This document shows positions 38,347 to 48,462 of a DNA stretch of 64,000 nt, piece after piece (the stretch's first letter is position 1; each line of letters opens with the position of its first letter). The notes under the pieces were generated by a model. It had not been told where the DNA came from. It ran no database searches and worked only from the letters and a program-made list of their open reading frames with translations. Origin of the DNA: Bordetella parapertussis (GTDB taxonomy: Bacteria; Pseudomonadota; Gammaproteobacteria; Burkholderiales; SG8-41); contig CAMDRT010000011.1 in assembly GCA_945906815.1 (NCBI GenBank), positions 27,091 to 91,090 on the forward strand, written 5' to 3'. The position numbers were made by a program, and so were the translations under genes.

Positions 38347-39201
38347 TCAATCGAAGAATGCGAAAGCCCGGGTTTCGATGCTTTCGCGCGGCGGCGCGCC
38401 TGCGGGCGTCGCCGGATCGTCAAACGCGCTGTGCGCGGTAAAGCGCGAGGGCATCCTCGCATCGGAATCGAATACCTTGAACACCAACGCCTCGTGACGC
38501 TCCATTTTCGGGAAGTGGAACCAGGCGTGCGCCGGATTATGCGCGATGTGATAGACCTCGCCGGTACGATCCTGGTAGCGCCGCTCCACCTTGATGAAAC
38601 CTTTTTGCGGAATGGAGCGGCCATCGCAGATGCCGAGTGGATCGATCAGCACTGTGCCGCGGATCGGCCGCCACACCTGAATGATGGCCCAGCGCTTGCC
38701 GAAGCGGCGCTCGGCTTCCGCATCGCCGATGATCTCACGCAGCCGCCGCGGCGCAGACGCCTCGGTATAGTCGTTGTGCACGCCCTTGACGGTAGGCCGC
38801 GCACCCAAGGACTGCTGCATCTGTTCATCACTGACGCGCAGGGTGTGGTCGAACACCCGTACTGCGGCGGCGCCGGAATGTTTCCGGATGAGCGCTTGCA
38901 CCTCTAGGTCGTAGACGCTGCTGCGCTCGGCTTCGTTGGTGAAGTCTTGGACCTGCGTCAGGTGATCGGCGAACACAAATCCGTGCGTATCGAGCTTGAA
39001 GGTGTTGCGCAACGGCCTGCCATTGCGCACGCGCATCTCGTGCTGCTGGTATTGCGGCGCGACCGCCAGGTGCGCCCTCTCCGGCCAGTCGATATAGCGC
39101 ACCGGCGGCACGCCGGTGTCGACTATGTAATTGAAGAGGGCGCGCATATTGTCAGACGTGTCTATCGTTGCGGTGGGCAGCACTTCGGCGATGAGCGGCA
39201 T
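38347..39201 (-). CDS. CmcJ/NvfI-like oxidoreductase
   Basis: VFDHTLR, VHNDYT, VWRPI, HSAF.DP..P...PPRESIE.R. Confidence 0.82.
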   Translation of the reverse strand: MPLIAEVLPTATIDTSDNMRALFNYIVDTGVPPVRYIDWPERAHLAVAPQYQQHEMRVRNGRPLRNTFKLDTHGFVFADHLTQVQDFTNEAERSSVYDLEVQALIRKHSGAAAVRVFDHTLRVSDEQMQQSLGARPTVKGVHNDYTEASAPRRLREIIGDAEAERRFGKRWAIIQVWRPIRGTVLIDPLGICDGRSIPQKGFIKVERRYQDRTGEVYHIAHNPAHAWFHFPKMERHEALVFKVFDSDARMPSRFTAHSAFDDPATPAGAPPRESIETRAFAFFD

Positions 39202-39341
39202 GGGATGTCCCTGCGAGGGTGTATTGCGCAAGATCATAGCGCTTTTTTCAAAACTGCGCGCACACCACACACATCCGCCATCCCGGATACAATTGCGTGG
39301 GACTTTTGATCGAGCAACAACACCACTAAGGGATACAACTC

Positions 39342-40145
39342 ATGCGCATCAATCGCGTAAAGAAACTCTGGCGTGAAGGCAAATCATCGGTAGGCGGATG
39401 GCTGTCCATTCCACACTGCGTGCAGGCCGAGGTGATGGCCCATACCGGGCTCGACTGGCTGTGCATCGACATGCAGCATGGCTGTATCGACTACTCGGAT
39501 GTGGTGCCGATGCTGACCGCGATCTCCACCACCAACGTGATGCCGTTTGTGCGTGTGCCGTGGAACGAACCGGCCATGATCATGAAAGTGCTGGATGCCG
39601 GCGCCTATGGCGTGATCGTGCCGATGGTGAGTAACCGCGAGGAAGCCGAGCGTGCGGTCGCCGCCTGCCGCTATCCGCCAGTGGGCATGCGCAGCAACGG
39701 GCCGAATCGCGTGATGTTCTACGCCGGGTCCGACTATCAAAAGCACGCGAATGACGAAGTGGCGTGTATCGTGATGATAGAAACGCCCGAGGGTATCGAA
39801 AAGATGGACGAGATCATTTCTACGCCCGGCGTGGACGCGGCCTACATCGGCCCCACCGATCTGGCCCTGGCACTGGGACTGCCGCCGGTGATGGACAACG
39901 ACGAACCGAAACACGTCGCCACCGTCAACCGCATACTCGAAACCTGCAAGCGTCACAACAAAGTCGCCGGCATGCACACCGCCAGTTCGAAGTTCACGCA
40001 GCGTTATCTGGATCAGGGTTTCCAGATGGTGATGCTCGGCACCGATCGCAGCGGCATGTCGAACTATTTCAAAGCCGAAATCGGCCGCCTGAGCGGCTGG
40101 GCGCCGCTGACGCCGGGTAGCGCGCCGGACAAGGGGGGTTACTGA
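39342..40145 (+). CDS. HpcH/HpaI aldolase family
   Basis: IDMQHG, VRVPWNEP, LDAGA.GVIVPM, MIET, IGPTDL. Confidence 0.92.
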   Translation: MRINRVKKLWREGKSSVGGWLSIPHCVQAEVMAHTGLDWLCIDMQHGCIDYSDVVPMLTAISTTNVMPFVRVPWNEPAMIMKVLDAGAYGVIVPMVSNREEAERAVAACRYPPVGMRSNGPNRVMFYAGSDYQKHANDEVACIVMIETPEGIEKMDEIISTPGVDAAYIGPTDLALALGLPPVMDNDEPKHVATVNRILETCKRHNKVAGMHTASSKFTQRYLDQGFQMVMLGTDRSGMSNYFKAEIGRLSGWAPLTPGSAPDKGGY

Positions 40146-40320
40146 ACGGCGTACAGAACAGGCGCGGCGTCAGCCGCCGCGCAGCGCCTGAAAAATCACC
40201 CCCTCGTCAGCCGCGCTCAGCGGCTGTGCCAGTGCGCTCACCTGCTTGCCGTTGACGAAATGCGGATATGCTCCTGGTGTATGAGCGCAGCGCGCTGAGG
40301 ATCCATTAAACGCGCAGTCA

Positions 40321-40848
40321 TTATTTTTCCGCAGCGGCCTTCAAGTTCGCCAATCCCGACTCAAAATCTTTGCCCACCATGCTGTCCATGCTCACAAACA
40401 CTTGTATGAGCTTGGACATGAAATTCGCCGGGCCATGCATCGCCCAGGTTACGTTCGTGGTATTGCCCTGCGCTGCCAGTGTGAACTCAACGGTGTTGTG
40501 CGCTTCGAAGGGCTTTAAAAAATCCAGCTTGAGCGCAATCTTCGATGCCGGCTCCGATTCAGTAATTTCCATGCGGCCTTGTCCGACCTCCTGGTTGCCC
40601 TCCCACGCATAGTGAGCGCCTTTGCCTACAGTTACAGCGCCAAAGGTACGCTTCATGGCCAGATCTTTTTTCTCCCACGGCGACCATGCGCCCCAGGCAT
40701 TGAAGTCATTGATGAGCGCAAACACTTTCTGCGGCGGTGCCTGGATACTTGCCGAGCGCTGCACGCGAAACGTGTCGGGCTTGGTGGTGGCGAATATCAG
40801 GATAGCGGCGATCAATACCGCGACGATGATGCCTATGGTCTTACGCAT
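40321..40848 (-). CDS. SRPBCC (START-fold) family protein
   Basis: WSPWEKKD, LDFLKPFEA, MVGKDFESGLANLK. Confidence 0.88.
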   Translation of the reverse strand: MRKTIGIIVAVLIAAILIFATTKPDTFRVQRSASIQAPPQKVFALINDFNAWGAWSPWEKKDLAMKRTFGAVTVGKGAHYAWEGNQEVGQGRMEITESEPASKIALKLDFLKPFEAHNTVEFTLAAQGNTTNVTWAMHGPANFMSKLIQVFVSMDSMVGKDFESGLANLKAAAEK

Positions 40849-41075
40849 GAATTTCTCCCGTTTGAGGTCGGCGCACCCTTAAGCGCAGGGCAATTACATC
40901 AAAACGCTTTATGAATGAAAGGGTTATGCCATGGGGCGGGTGTTCGGGATGCTGGAACCGGGCACAGTGGACGGTAACGCCAGTCAGCGTAGCGGGAGTG
41001 CGCGGCAGGGCAGGTGGTGCAGCTGAGTTTGGTGCGTACGAGCATCGTGAAGGGGGACAGCGTGCGCACGCGCGC

Positions 41076-42041
41076 TTACTGCGGCTTGATGCCCACGGTC
41101 CGTATCAGCTTGCCCAGTTTCTCGGTTTCCTTGCGCACGTGTTCCGCGAATTGCTCTGGCGTTCCGCCCAGTGGCGTACCGCCGCGCGAGGCTATGCCCT
41201 TGATTACAGTGGGTGAAGTCAGCGCCTTATTAATTTCTGCGTTCAGCCGCAGCACGATATCGCGCGGCGCGCCCGCAGGTACCGCGAAGCCCGACCAGCC
41301 GGTCAATTCGAATCCCGGGATGCCTGCCTCGTCGAGTGTCGGCAGTTCAGGTAATGCCGCGGAACGCTTGAGCGAGGTGACGCCAAGGGCACGCAAGCGC
41401 CCGGACCGCACCAGCGGCAGCAATGACGCCATGTTGTCGCACAGGATGTCGATCTGGCCGCCGATGAGGTCGGAGACCGCTTGTTGAGTGCCCTTATAAG
41501 GCACATGAACAATCGTGGTGCTGGTCATGCTTTTAAACAGTTCCATCGACAGATGCGGGGTCGCGCCGATCCCGGAACTGCCAAAGGACAACTTGCCGGG
41601 GTTGGCGCGGGCATGTTCGATCAATTCCTTCACCGAACGCACCGGCAGCGACGGTGACACCGTGAGCACGTTCAGGCCCGAAAAATAGTGAATGACCGGT
41701 ACAAAGTCCCTAGCAAAATCGTAAGGCAGCTTGGCGTAGAGGCTGGGATTGGTGGCAATAAAATTGGAGATATAGCCTAACGTGTAACCATCAGGCGTAG
41801 CGCGCACCAGCAATTCGTAGCCGATAATGCCGCTGGCACCGGGGCGGTTTTCAACCACCACTTGCTGACCCATCTGCTTGCTAAGTTCGTTCGCCAGTTC
41901 ACGCGCGTTGATATCCGGGCTGCCGCCGGGCGCGGAGGGCACCAGCAGGCGCACGGGTCGGGACGGGTAGGCTTGCGCGCTGGCGATGCCGCAGGCGAGC
42001 AGCGCTGTTGCGGCGGCGACGGGTAACGAGAGCTTGAGCAT
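41076..42041 (-). CDS. Bug/TctC substrate-binding protein
   Basis: YPSRPVRLLVP.APGG, ENRPGA, HVPYKG. Confidence 0.93.
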   Translation of the reverse strand: MLKLSLPVAAATALLACGIASAQAYPSRPVRLLVPSAPGGSPDINARELANELSKQMGQQVVVENRPGASGIIGYELLVRATPDGYTLGYISNFIATNPSLYAKLPYDFARDFVPVIHYFSGLNVLTVSPSLPVRSVKELIEHARANPGKLSFGSSGIGATPHLSMELFKSMTSTTIVHVPYKGTQQAVSDLIGGQIDILCDNMASLLPLVRSGRLRALGVTSLKRSAALPELPTLDEAGIPGFELTGWSGFAVPAGAPRDIVLRLNAEINKALTSPTVIKGIASRGGTPLGGTPEQFAEHVRKETEKLGKLIRTVGIKPQ

Positions 42042-42153
42042 GGGATTGTTTTTCGTTCCAACCGGTTGAGGATATGCAGTTTGCAGCAGGCGCAAGGCGA
42101 GACCCTCGGCACTACTGGTACGGATGCCCACGAGGGGAAACGTGGCTGCGCTG

Positions 42154-42924
42154 TCAGACCCCCGAGTTGGAGAGCCCGCCGTTGATATGCAGCGTCTGCC
42201 CGGTTATGTATGCGCCAGCCGGGCCGCACAGACTCCGCACCATGCCGGCGATCTCGAACGCAGTGCCGCGGCGGCCGAGCGGAATATTGCTCGAGCGATT
42301 GGGCAACTCGTGCCCGGACGCACGCGAGGTATCGATCTGCCCAGGAGATACGCAGTTCACGCGTATACCAAACTCCGCCAGATCCTGTGCCAGGGCTTTG
42401 GTCAGCCCGACGATCCCGTGTTTGGACGCCGCGACATGCACGCGGTCCTTGAGACCCAGCAACGCAGTGACGCCGGCGAAGGTGACGATACGCCCGTCCC
42501 CGGCTTGCTTTAGCGCGGGCAGGCAGGCTTTGGTGAAGATGAACGCGCTGTCCAGATTGGTGGACAGGATGCGGCGCCAGTCCTCGAAGCTGATGTCATC
42601 GACATGCACGTGTTCGCGCAGCGCGGCATTGAGCACCAGGATATCGAGGCGGCCGAAACGCTTCAACACGGCATCGACCATGGCCTGTATCTGGGCGGGC
42701 TCGGCGACGTCAGCGGCATAGGCCTCGGCGTCCGTGCCCAACGCCTTGATTTCATCGACGACGCCACGCGCCTGCTCGATATTCGAGCGCGTGTTCACCG
42801 CCACTTTAGCGCCGCCCGTGGCCAGAGCTAGGGCGATCGCGCGTCCGATGTTACGCGCAGCGCCTGTCACCAGCGCCACTTTGCCGGCGAACTCATCGCC
42901 TTTATGCATGCCAGGTTCGGTCAT
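42154..42924 (-). CDS. short-chain dehydrogenase/reductase
   Basis: TGAARNIG, VAASKHG (catalytic Tyr replaced), NCVSPG. Confidence 0.9.
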   Translation of the reverse strand: MTEPGMHKGDEFAGKVALVTGAARNIGRAIALALATGGAKVAVNTRSNIEQARGVVDEIKALGTDAEAYAADVAEPAQIQAMVDAVLKRFGRLDILVLNAALREHVHVDDISFEDWRRILSTNLDSAFIFTKACLPALKQAGDGRIVTFAGVTALLGLKDRVHVAASKHGIVGLTKALAQDLAEFGIRVNCVSPGQIDTSRASGHELPNRSSNIPLGRRGTAFEIAGMVRSLCGPAGAYITGQTLHINGGLSNSGV

Positions 42925-42993
42925 GGTCCCATTCCTTTAATTTATTGTGATGGATTGCTGCTGCGCGTATTGCAATCACGGTGGTGGCGGCGT

Positions 42994-43551
42994 TCAGCGC
43001 TCGATGCCGCTCGCGCCGGCCGGCACGTCGTAGAAGGCGAGCGTCATGGAGACGCTGCTGTAATGGCCCATCAGGGTGATCACGTCGGTGATGCCGACAT
43101 GGCCGAGCGCTTCCACCGCGCGATCAAAGAGTCCTTGCGCCACCCAGCGCGATTGGCTAAGGCAGATCGCCATTTCATAGACTACCTGCTCGCGTTTGTC
43201 GGAGAACGAGGTCGGCAAGCCCGACAATATCGCCTCGACCTTGTCGTGCGGCAGCCCGGCCGCCTTGGCGGCACGTTCATGCGCATTGGTTGGGTAGGCC
43301 GAATGCCATTTGCTGTTGATGACGTTGACCGCAATCTCGCGCTCGCGCTCGCTCAGCGAATAGCCTTTGCGGAAATGTCCCCCGACCGGTCCGATCGCTT
43401 TTGCCAGCTTGGGGTTGTGCACGTAAATTTTATTGGGGCCGGACAGACGGCCGCGCGCCTCGAGCAGCGCGCGATAGCCTTCCTGCTGCTCCGGCGTCAT
43501 CTGGTCATAGGGAATCTCGGCATAACGTCCGAACGTGGGTGTCTCGGCCAT
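42994..43551 (-). CDS. carboxymuconolactone decarboxylase/AhpD-like protein
   Basis: LSEREREIA, AHE..AKAAGL, MGHYS.VSMTL. Confidence 0.8.
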   Translation of the reverse strand: MAETPTFGRYAEIPYDQMTPEQQEGYRALLEARGRLSGPNKIYVHNPKLAKAIGPVGGHFRKGYSLSEREREIAVNVINSKWHSAYPTNAHERAAKAAGLPHDKVEAILSGLPTSFSDKREQVVYEMAICLSQSRWVAQGLFDRAVEALGHVGITDVITLMGHYSSVSMTLAFYDVPAGASGIER

Positions 43552-43580
43552 AGTCAGTCTCCGCAGCGTAAATTATCGAT

Positions 43581-43607
43581 GCCGGCGCGTGCCATGCACG
43601 CGCCGGC
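43581..43607. other. perfect 12-bp intercistronic hairpin
   Basis: gccggcgcgtgc-cat-gcacgcgccggc. Confidence 0.6.
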
Positions 43608-43616
43608 GCGCGGGAT

Positions 43617-43991
43617 CTAGTCCGGAATTTTCGTCGACTGCCAGGTCACCATGCGCCAGCTGCCGTTCTGGTTTTCATAAACGTCGGTGAAGCGCACCCG
43701 GAAGGCATTCGGCTTGCCATTGGAATGGACGCTAATGGCAGCGACGCCGGTCAGCACCACTGCGTTTCCAAGGTCCTGCGCCTTCACCTCGGACGGCTCC
43801 ATCGAGGTATAGACGGTGCTGCCGGATTCCATGGCTCCGATCAGGCTCTGCTTGGTGTCCTGGCGCGCGGAGGAATGGGTGTAGATGAGGCCATTGCACA
43901 GCAGGTTTTTCAGGGTTGCGATGTCCTTTTGCGTTGTCGCGGTCATGCGTTTTTTGTCGAGCTCGATGATCATCTGTCCATTGCCGGCCAT
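43617..43991 (-). CDS. NTF2-like (DUF4440) protein
   Basis: LIYTHSS...FTDVY....WRMVTWQST. Confidence 0.85.
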   Translation of the reverse strand: MAGNGQMIIELDKKRMTATTQKDIATLKNLLCNGLIYTHSSARQDTKQSLIGAMESGSTVYTSMEPSEVKAQDLGNAVVLTGVAAISVHSNGKPNAFRVRFTDVYENQNGSWRMVTWQSTKIPD

Positions 43992-44037
43992 GTCTTTCTC
44001 CTGGTGTAGGGTGGGAAATCTAAACGGTATTCCGCGT

Positions 44038-44997
44038 TTACTGCGGCTCGACGCCGGCAGTCTTGAGCGCCGACTTCCACACCGCGAGCTGGTCCTTCAT
44101 GTAGGCCGTAAGCGCCTCTGGTGTGGAAGTTTTCGGCATGAAGCCCTGCTTTTGCATCAGTTCTCTGACCGAAGGCTTGGCCAGAGCCGCGACCACCTCC
44201 TTGTTCATGCGCGCGACGATGCGGGGGGGCAGGGCGGCGGGACCGACCAAGGCAAACCACGGGCCGATCGGCAGCTTCACCTGGCCGGTCTCCAGGAAGG
44301 ACGGCACGTCGGGCATCAACGGGCTGCGCTCGTTCAACGTGGTCGCAAGCACCCTCAACCGGCCCTCCTTCGCGTGCGCCAGAACGCTGGTCGGTGTTCC
44401 GAACATCATATGCATGCGGCCCGACAGCAGGTCGGCCATGGCGTCGGGCTCCGACTTGTAGGGAATGGCGTGCATCGCAATGCCATTGTTCAGTGCGAAG
44501 GTAGCCGTCGCTACCAGGGCGTAGGTGTTGGCGGACGGATAGTTGAGCGCTTTCGGATTGCCCTTGGCATGCGCGACCAGCTCGGCGATAGATTTCACCG
44601 GCAGCGACGGATGCACCACGATGAAGAAGGTGTTGTCGCCGAGGAAAGTGATCGGGGTGAAATCCGCCATCACATCGTACGGCGGGTCCTTGCGAATGTT
44701 GGGCACGACGGCGAGCGGACTGTTGGTGCCGAACAGGAAAGTGTGGCCGTCGGCCGTCGAGCGTTTCACATCCAGCGCCGAGAGGGCGCCATCGGCGCCA
44801 GCCTTGGGGATGACGACAATCGGCTGCCCAATCGACTGCGACAACTCCTGGCCTGTTATGCGGGCGAGGACATCCGTGGCCGAGCCTGGCCCGAAGGGGA
44901 GGACGAATCGGATCGGCCTCGACGGATAGGGCTGTGCGTAGAGCGCCGCCTGCGGCAGGAAAAGAATTGCGGCAATCACAGCCATCAGCTTGCGCAT
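44038..44997 (-). CDS. Bug/TctC substrate-binding protein
   Basis: YPSRPIRFVLPFGPG, ADGHT, IPYKS. Confidence 0.92.
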   Translation of the reverse strand: MRKLMAVIAAILFLPQAALYAQPYPSRPIRFVLPFGPGSATDVLARITGQELSQSIGQPIVVIPKAGADGALSALDVKRSTADGHTFLFGTNSPLAVVPNIRKDPPYDVMADFTPITFLGDNTFFIVVHPSLPVKSIAELVAHAKGNPKALNYPSANTYALVATATFALNNGIAMHAIPYKSEPDAMADLLSGRMHMMFGTPTSVLAHAKEGRLRVLATTLNERSPLMPDVPSFLETGQVKLPIGPWFALVGPAALPPRIVARMNKEVVAALAKPSVRELMQKQGFMPKTSTPEALTAYMKDQLAVWKSALKTAGVEPQ

Positions 44998-45150
44998 TGA
45001 GAAACGCCTCCATGGGGTTGGTGCTCGGCGGCAGTGCGCTTGATGCGACATGCGCCAGCTTGTATTTTGGGTGGCTAAGACTACGCTGCCGGGCTTGCGC
45101 TTGCAACTCTCTACCGACACTCTCTACCTACTGCCCGCGAGACAACGCTG

Positions 45151-46146
45151 CTACAACTTCAGCAGGGCCTCTAGATTCTTCCACAGTATCTTGTCTTTCT
45201 CCTCTTGCGTGAGGGACTGCAGGCTCTGCACCCAACCCCCGGGACCGGGCTTCCATGGCACGAAAGGCCAGTCACTGCCGAGAACCACGTGCTCGGCGCC
45301 CACGCGGTCGAGCAGGAAGCGCAGCGCCTCCTCGCTGCTGGTCACGGTGTCGTAGTACAAACGTTTCTGGTATTCGCTCGGTGGCAGCGGGGTGCGTTGG
45401 CCTTCGGGGAGTCTTTCCCAGCCGCGGTCCAGCCTTCCCATCGCGTAGCAGGCGGGGCCGCCGCCGTGGGCGATGCAAATGCGTATATCCGGGCACGCTT
45501 CCAGCACGCCGCCGCAGATCAGCACCGCGGTGACGATCGCGTCGTCGAGAATGACGCCGAGGCTGTTATAGAGCCCATGACGCGGCATGCGCTCGCGCAA
45601 AAAATTGTTTTGTGGTTGCGGGTGATAAAAGAGCACGGCGCCCATCGCTTCCGCGGCCTTGAAGAACGGTAGAAACTTCGGCTCGTCCCATTGTTCGCCG
45701 TTGACCTGGGTGTCGAGCTCGGCCCCCTTCAGCCCGAGCTTGGTGACTGCGCGCTCGAGTTCGTTGATGGCAGTCGTGACGTCCTGCATGGGCAGTGTGG
45801 CGAGCCCTGCGAAACGCGTAGGCCACTGGCGCGCGGTGGCGGCGATCTCCTCATTGACGTCGCGCGCCAGCGCCAGCCCTTGTGCCGCGTCGAGGTGATA
45901 ACCAAAGAACGGCGTGTGGACTGAGAGCACCTGCACGTCCACACCCTGCGCATCCATATCCTGCATCCGTTGTTCCGGCGTAAAACGCACCTTGGGCGAG
46001 GTCAATTCGGTACGCTTGCCGTCTCCCACCATGGTGCCGGCACCCACGCCGGGTTCGTGTCGAAAACCGTACCATTCGGCTTGCGCATCGGCGGCCTTCA
46101 ATAGTGAACGTGGGACCACATGGGCGTGGATGTCGATCGTTTTCAT
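45151..46146 (-). CDS. amidohydrolase family (ACMSD-like)
   Basis: IDIHAH, FYHP, AHGGG, LGSDWPF. Confidence 0.88.
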   Translation of the reverse strand: MKTIDIHAHVVPRSLLKAADAQAEWYGFRHEPGVGAGTMVGDGKRTELTSPKVRFTPEQRMQDMDAQGVDVQVLSVHTPFFGYHLDAAQGLALARDVNEEIAATARQWPTRFAGLATLPMQDVTTAINELERAVTKLGLKGAELDTQVNGEQWDEPKFLPFFKAAEAMGAVLFYHPQPQNNFLRERMPRHGLYNSLGVILDDAIVTAVLICGGVLEACPDIRICIAHGGGPACYAMGRLDRGWERLPEGQRTPLPPSEYQKRLYYDTVTSSEEALRFLLDRVGAEHVVLGSDWPFVPWKPGPGGWVQSLQSLTQEEKDKILWKNLEALLKL

Positions 46147-46204
46147 GGTAGCGTTCTTTCTCTAACAAGTTATGGGTAGTGGGTAGTGGGTAATGCGGGG
46201 TTGA

Positions 46205-47095
46205 TTATGCCGCGACTGCCTGCTGTTCCACTGTGGGCGCATGCCCCATCAGCGTGGTCCTGCGCACGTCGCGCGCCTCGTCGGCCGGGAACGGCCGCCC
46301 GCGGTGCATGGTCTGGCGGTTGTCCCACATCACCAGATCATGTACCCGCCAGGGGTGTGAATAGACGAATTCGCGTTGTGTCGCGTGCTCAATCAGATCG
46401 CGCAACAGCAGCCGCGCCTCCGGTAGTTGCCAGCCGAGTATGGCGCCGGCATGGGACGACAGGTAAATTGATTTGCGGCCGGTGCGCGGCAGGGTGCGCA
46501 CCAACCGCTGGCGCACAGGCTTGAAACGCTCGCGCTCCTCCGGCGTAAATTCCCGGAACCCGATGAGATCGCGCGAGTACAGTTGCGAATGCTCGCACAC
46601 CAGAGGCTCGATCAATGCCCGGGTTTCGTCGTCGAGCGCCTCGTAGGCCGCACCCATGTGCGCGAACTCGGTGTTGCCGCCCTTCGAGGGGATACGCACT
46701 GCGCGCAGCAGCGAGTATTTCGCCGGTATCGCCTTGAACGACGAATCGGAGTGCCACAGACGATTGCCGATGGCGAACAGGCGCTTGCGGTCATCGCGAC
46801 CGTACGGCTGATTGTTGCCATCGAGGTTTGAGACGTCGGCAAAGTTCGGCGGCAAGCGGAAATCCGCGGCATTGCGCAAGCTGTTGTTGACCGTGTTTTC
46901 CAACGCGCCCAGCGCTTGGGTGAAAGCGAGGTGCTGTTCATTGGTGAGGGGCTGATCGTGAAACACCAGCACGGCGTGGCGGTCCATGCCGTGGTGAATT
47001 TCCTCTGCTTGGGCGGCGGTCAGCGGTTCGCGTAGGTCGATGCCGTCTACTGCGGCGCCGATGCACGTTCCCAGCGGGCGAACTCGAATGGACAT
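46205..47095 (-). CDS. TauD/TfdA family 2-oxoglutarate dioxygenase (TfdA-like)
   Basis: GNRLWHSDSSF, GGNTEFA, YLSSHA, WDNRQTMHRG. Confidence 0.9.
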   Translation of the reverse strand: MSIRVRPLGTCIGAAVDGIDLREPLTAAQAEEIHHGMDRHAVLVFHDQPLTNEQHLAFTQALGALENTVNNSLRNAADFRLPPNFADVSNLDGNNQPYGRDDRKRLFAIGNRLWHSDSSFKAIPAKYSLLRAVRIPSKGGNTEFAHMGAAYEALDDETRALIEPLVCEHSQLYSRDLIGFREFTPEERERFKPVRQRLVRTLPRTGRKSIYLSSHAGAILGWQLPEARLLLRDLIEHATQREFVYSHPWRVHDLVMWDNRQTMHRGRPFPADEARDVRRTTLMGHAPTVEQQAVAA

Positions 47096-47163
47096 GATGC
47101 GAATCTCCTTGAATCAAAGTTTCAAAACAGAGGGGGGGCCTTCAACCGTCGCAAGCGGGCGCC

Positions 47164-48132
47164 TCAATCGGCTTTGGCGCCCGAAATCTTGACCTGCATA
47201 CGCAGTCTTTCGACTTCGATGGCAATAAACTGATTAAACTGCGCCGGCGTACTGCCCACCGGCTCTTTGTCCCCCTCGGCAAGGTGCGTCTTTACCGCCG
47301 GCTGAGTCAGCACCTTCACAATCGCCTCGTTCATTTTATTCACAATAGCCACAGGCGTTTTGGCGGGTGCGGACATGCCGCCCCATGACGACGTTTCATA
47401 GCCGTGCAGCAAATCGCCGATCACGGGCGCATGGGGCAACAGCGGCGAACGCTTCTTGCCGGTGACCGCGAGCGCCTTGATCGATCCTGCCCTGATATGC
47501 GGCAGCACTTCGATCAGCGGCGCAAATATGGTGTGAATCTCGCCGCCGAGCAGCGCTATGGTCGCAGGGGCGCCGCCCTTGTACGGTATGTGCACCATCT
47601 TTCCTGCAACCATATTATTGAACAACGCGGCGGCGAGGTGCTGCGAAGTGCCGTGTCCGCCGGAGCCGTAGTTCACTGTGTGCTGGCCGCTTTTCACGTA
47701 GGCAATGAACTCGGCAAGATTGGCAACGGGCAGGTTGGGGACGACCACCAGCACGTTGGACGACGAAAAGGTTTGTGACACATGCGCGAAATCGCGCACG
47801 AAATCGTAGCGCAGATTTCTGTACAGGCTCATGTTGGCCGCCATCGTGGCACCCGACACCAAATAGGTATAGCCGTCGGGCGTGGCGTTGGCGACCAGCT
47901 CGGTCGCGATATTGCCCCCTGCGCCGGGCCGATTGTCGACCAGCAAAGTCTGACCGAGCACCGGTCGCAGGGCCTCCGCCAGCACGCGGGCGGTCTGGTC
48001 TGTGCTGCCGCCGGCAGAAAAGGGAACCACCAGTCTGAGCGGCCGCGTAGGCCAGGTCTGGGCGTACACCGGGAATGCCGCCTGCGCCAACAACAACACA
48101 CCGCCGCTCACCGCCGTACGTATCGTCAACAT
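47164..48132 (-). CDS. Bug/TctC substrate-binding protein
   Basis: WPTRPLRLVVPFSAGG, DNRPGAGG, HIPYKGG; true start 48132 (SD ggag). Confidence 0.92.
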   Translation of the reverse strand: MLTIRTAVSGGVLLLAQAAFPVYAQTWPTRPLRLVVPFSAGGSTDQTARVLAEALRPVLGQTLLVDNRPGAGGNIATELVANATPDGYTYLVSGATMAANMSLYRNLRYDFVRDFAHVSQTFSSSNVLVVVPNLPVANLAEFIAYVKSGQHTVNYGSGGHGTSQHLAAALFNNMVAGKMVHIPYKGGAPATIALLGGEIHTIFAPLIEVLPHIRAGSIKALAVTGKKRSPLLPHAPVIGDLLHGYETSSWGGMSAPAKTPVAIVNKMNEAIVKVLTQPAVKTHLAEGDKEPVGSTPAQFNQFIAIEVERLRMQVKISGAKAD

Positions 48133-48462
48133 GATGGTCTCCCTGGTTACCGTCGTCGCACCTGCCCCACGCAGGCAATTCAATCCGGCCCTATTTTTGC
48201 CTTTGCCCGCTGGCGGCGATGTGGTGCTGATCCGGCGCTGCCGATCCTGGGTGCTTGAGCCTTGTCTGCAATAGCTTACCCGGCAATCTGCGCTATTTCC
48301 AGCGCTATCGACAGCACGCTGTGTCAGGCGCGAGCGCAAAGCGCTTGCACAACGCGGGCCGCTGGCATAGATTGCGCGGTGCTTTACCGCCCCTCTGCGC
48401 ATGGCCCCGCCGCATTGTGGGCTTGTGCAGCGGGCGCGGGAGAAAACTTGGAGAGGCGAATC

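Noticed and set aside
12976-45106. Long antisense or alternate-frame ORFs (e.g. 12976-14022, 19692-20852, 29121-30053, 31434-32384, 43885-45000, 43970-45106)
   Set aside because: Shadows of well-supported genes in high-GC DNA; no recognisable motifs
46172-46196. Short tgggtag repeat
   Set aside because: Three units only and no inverted partner nearby; too weak to call
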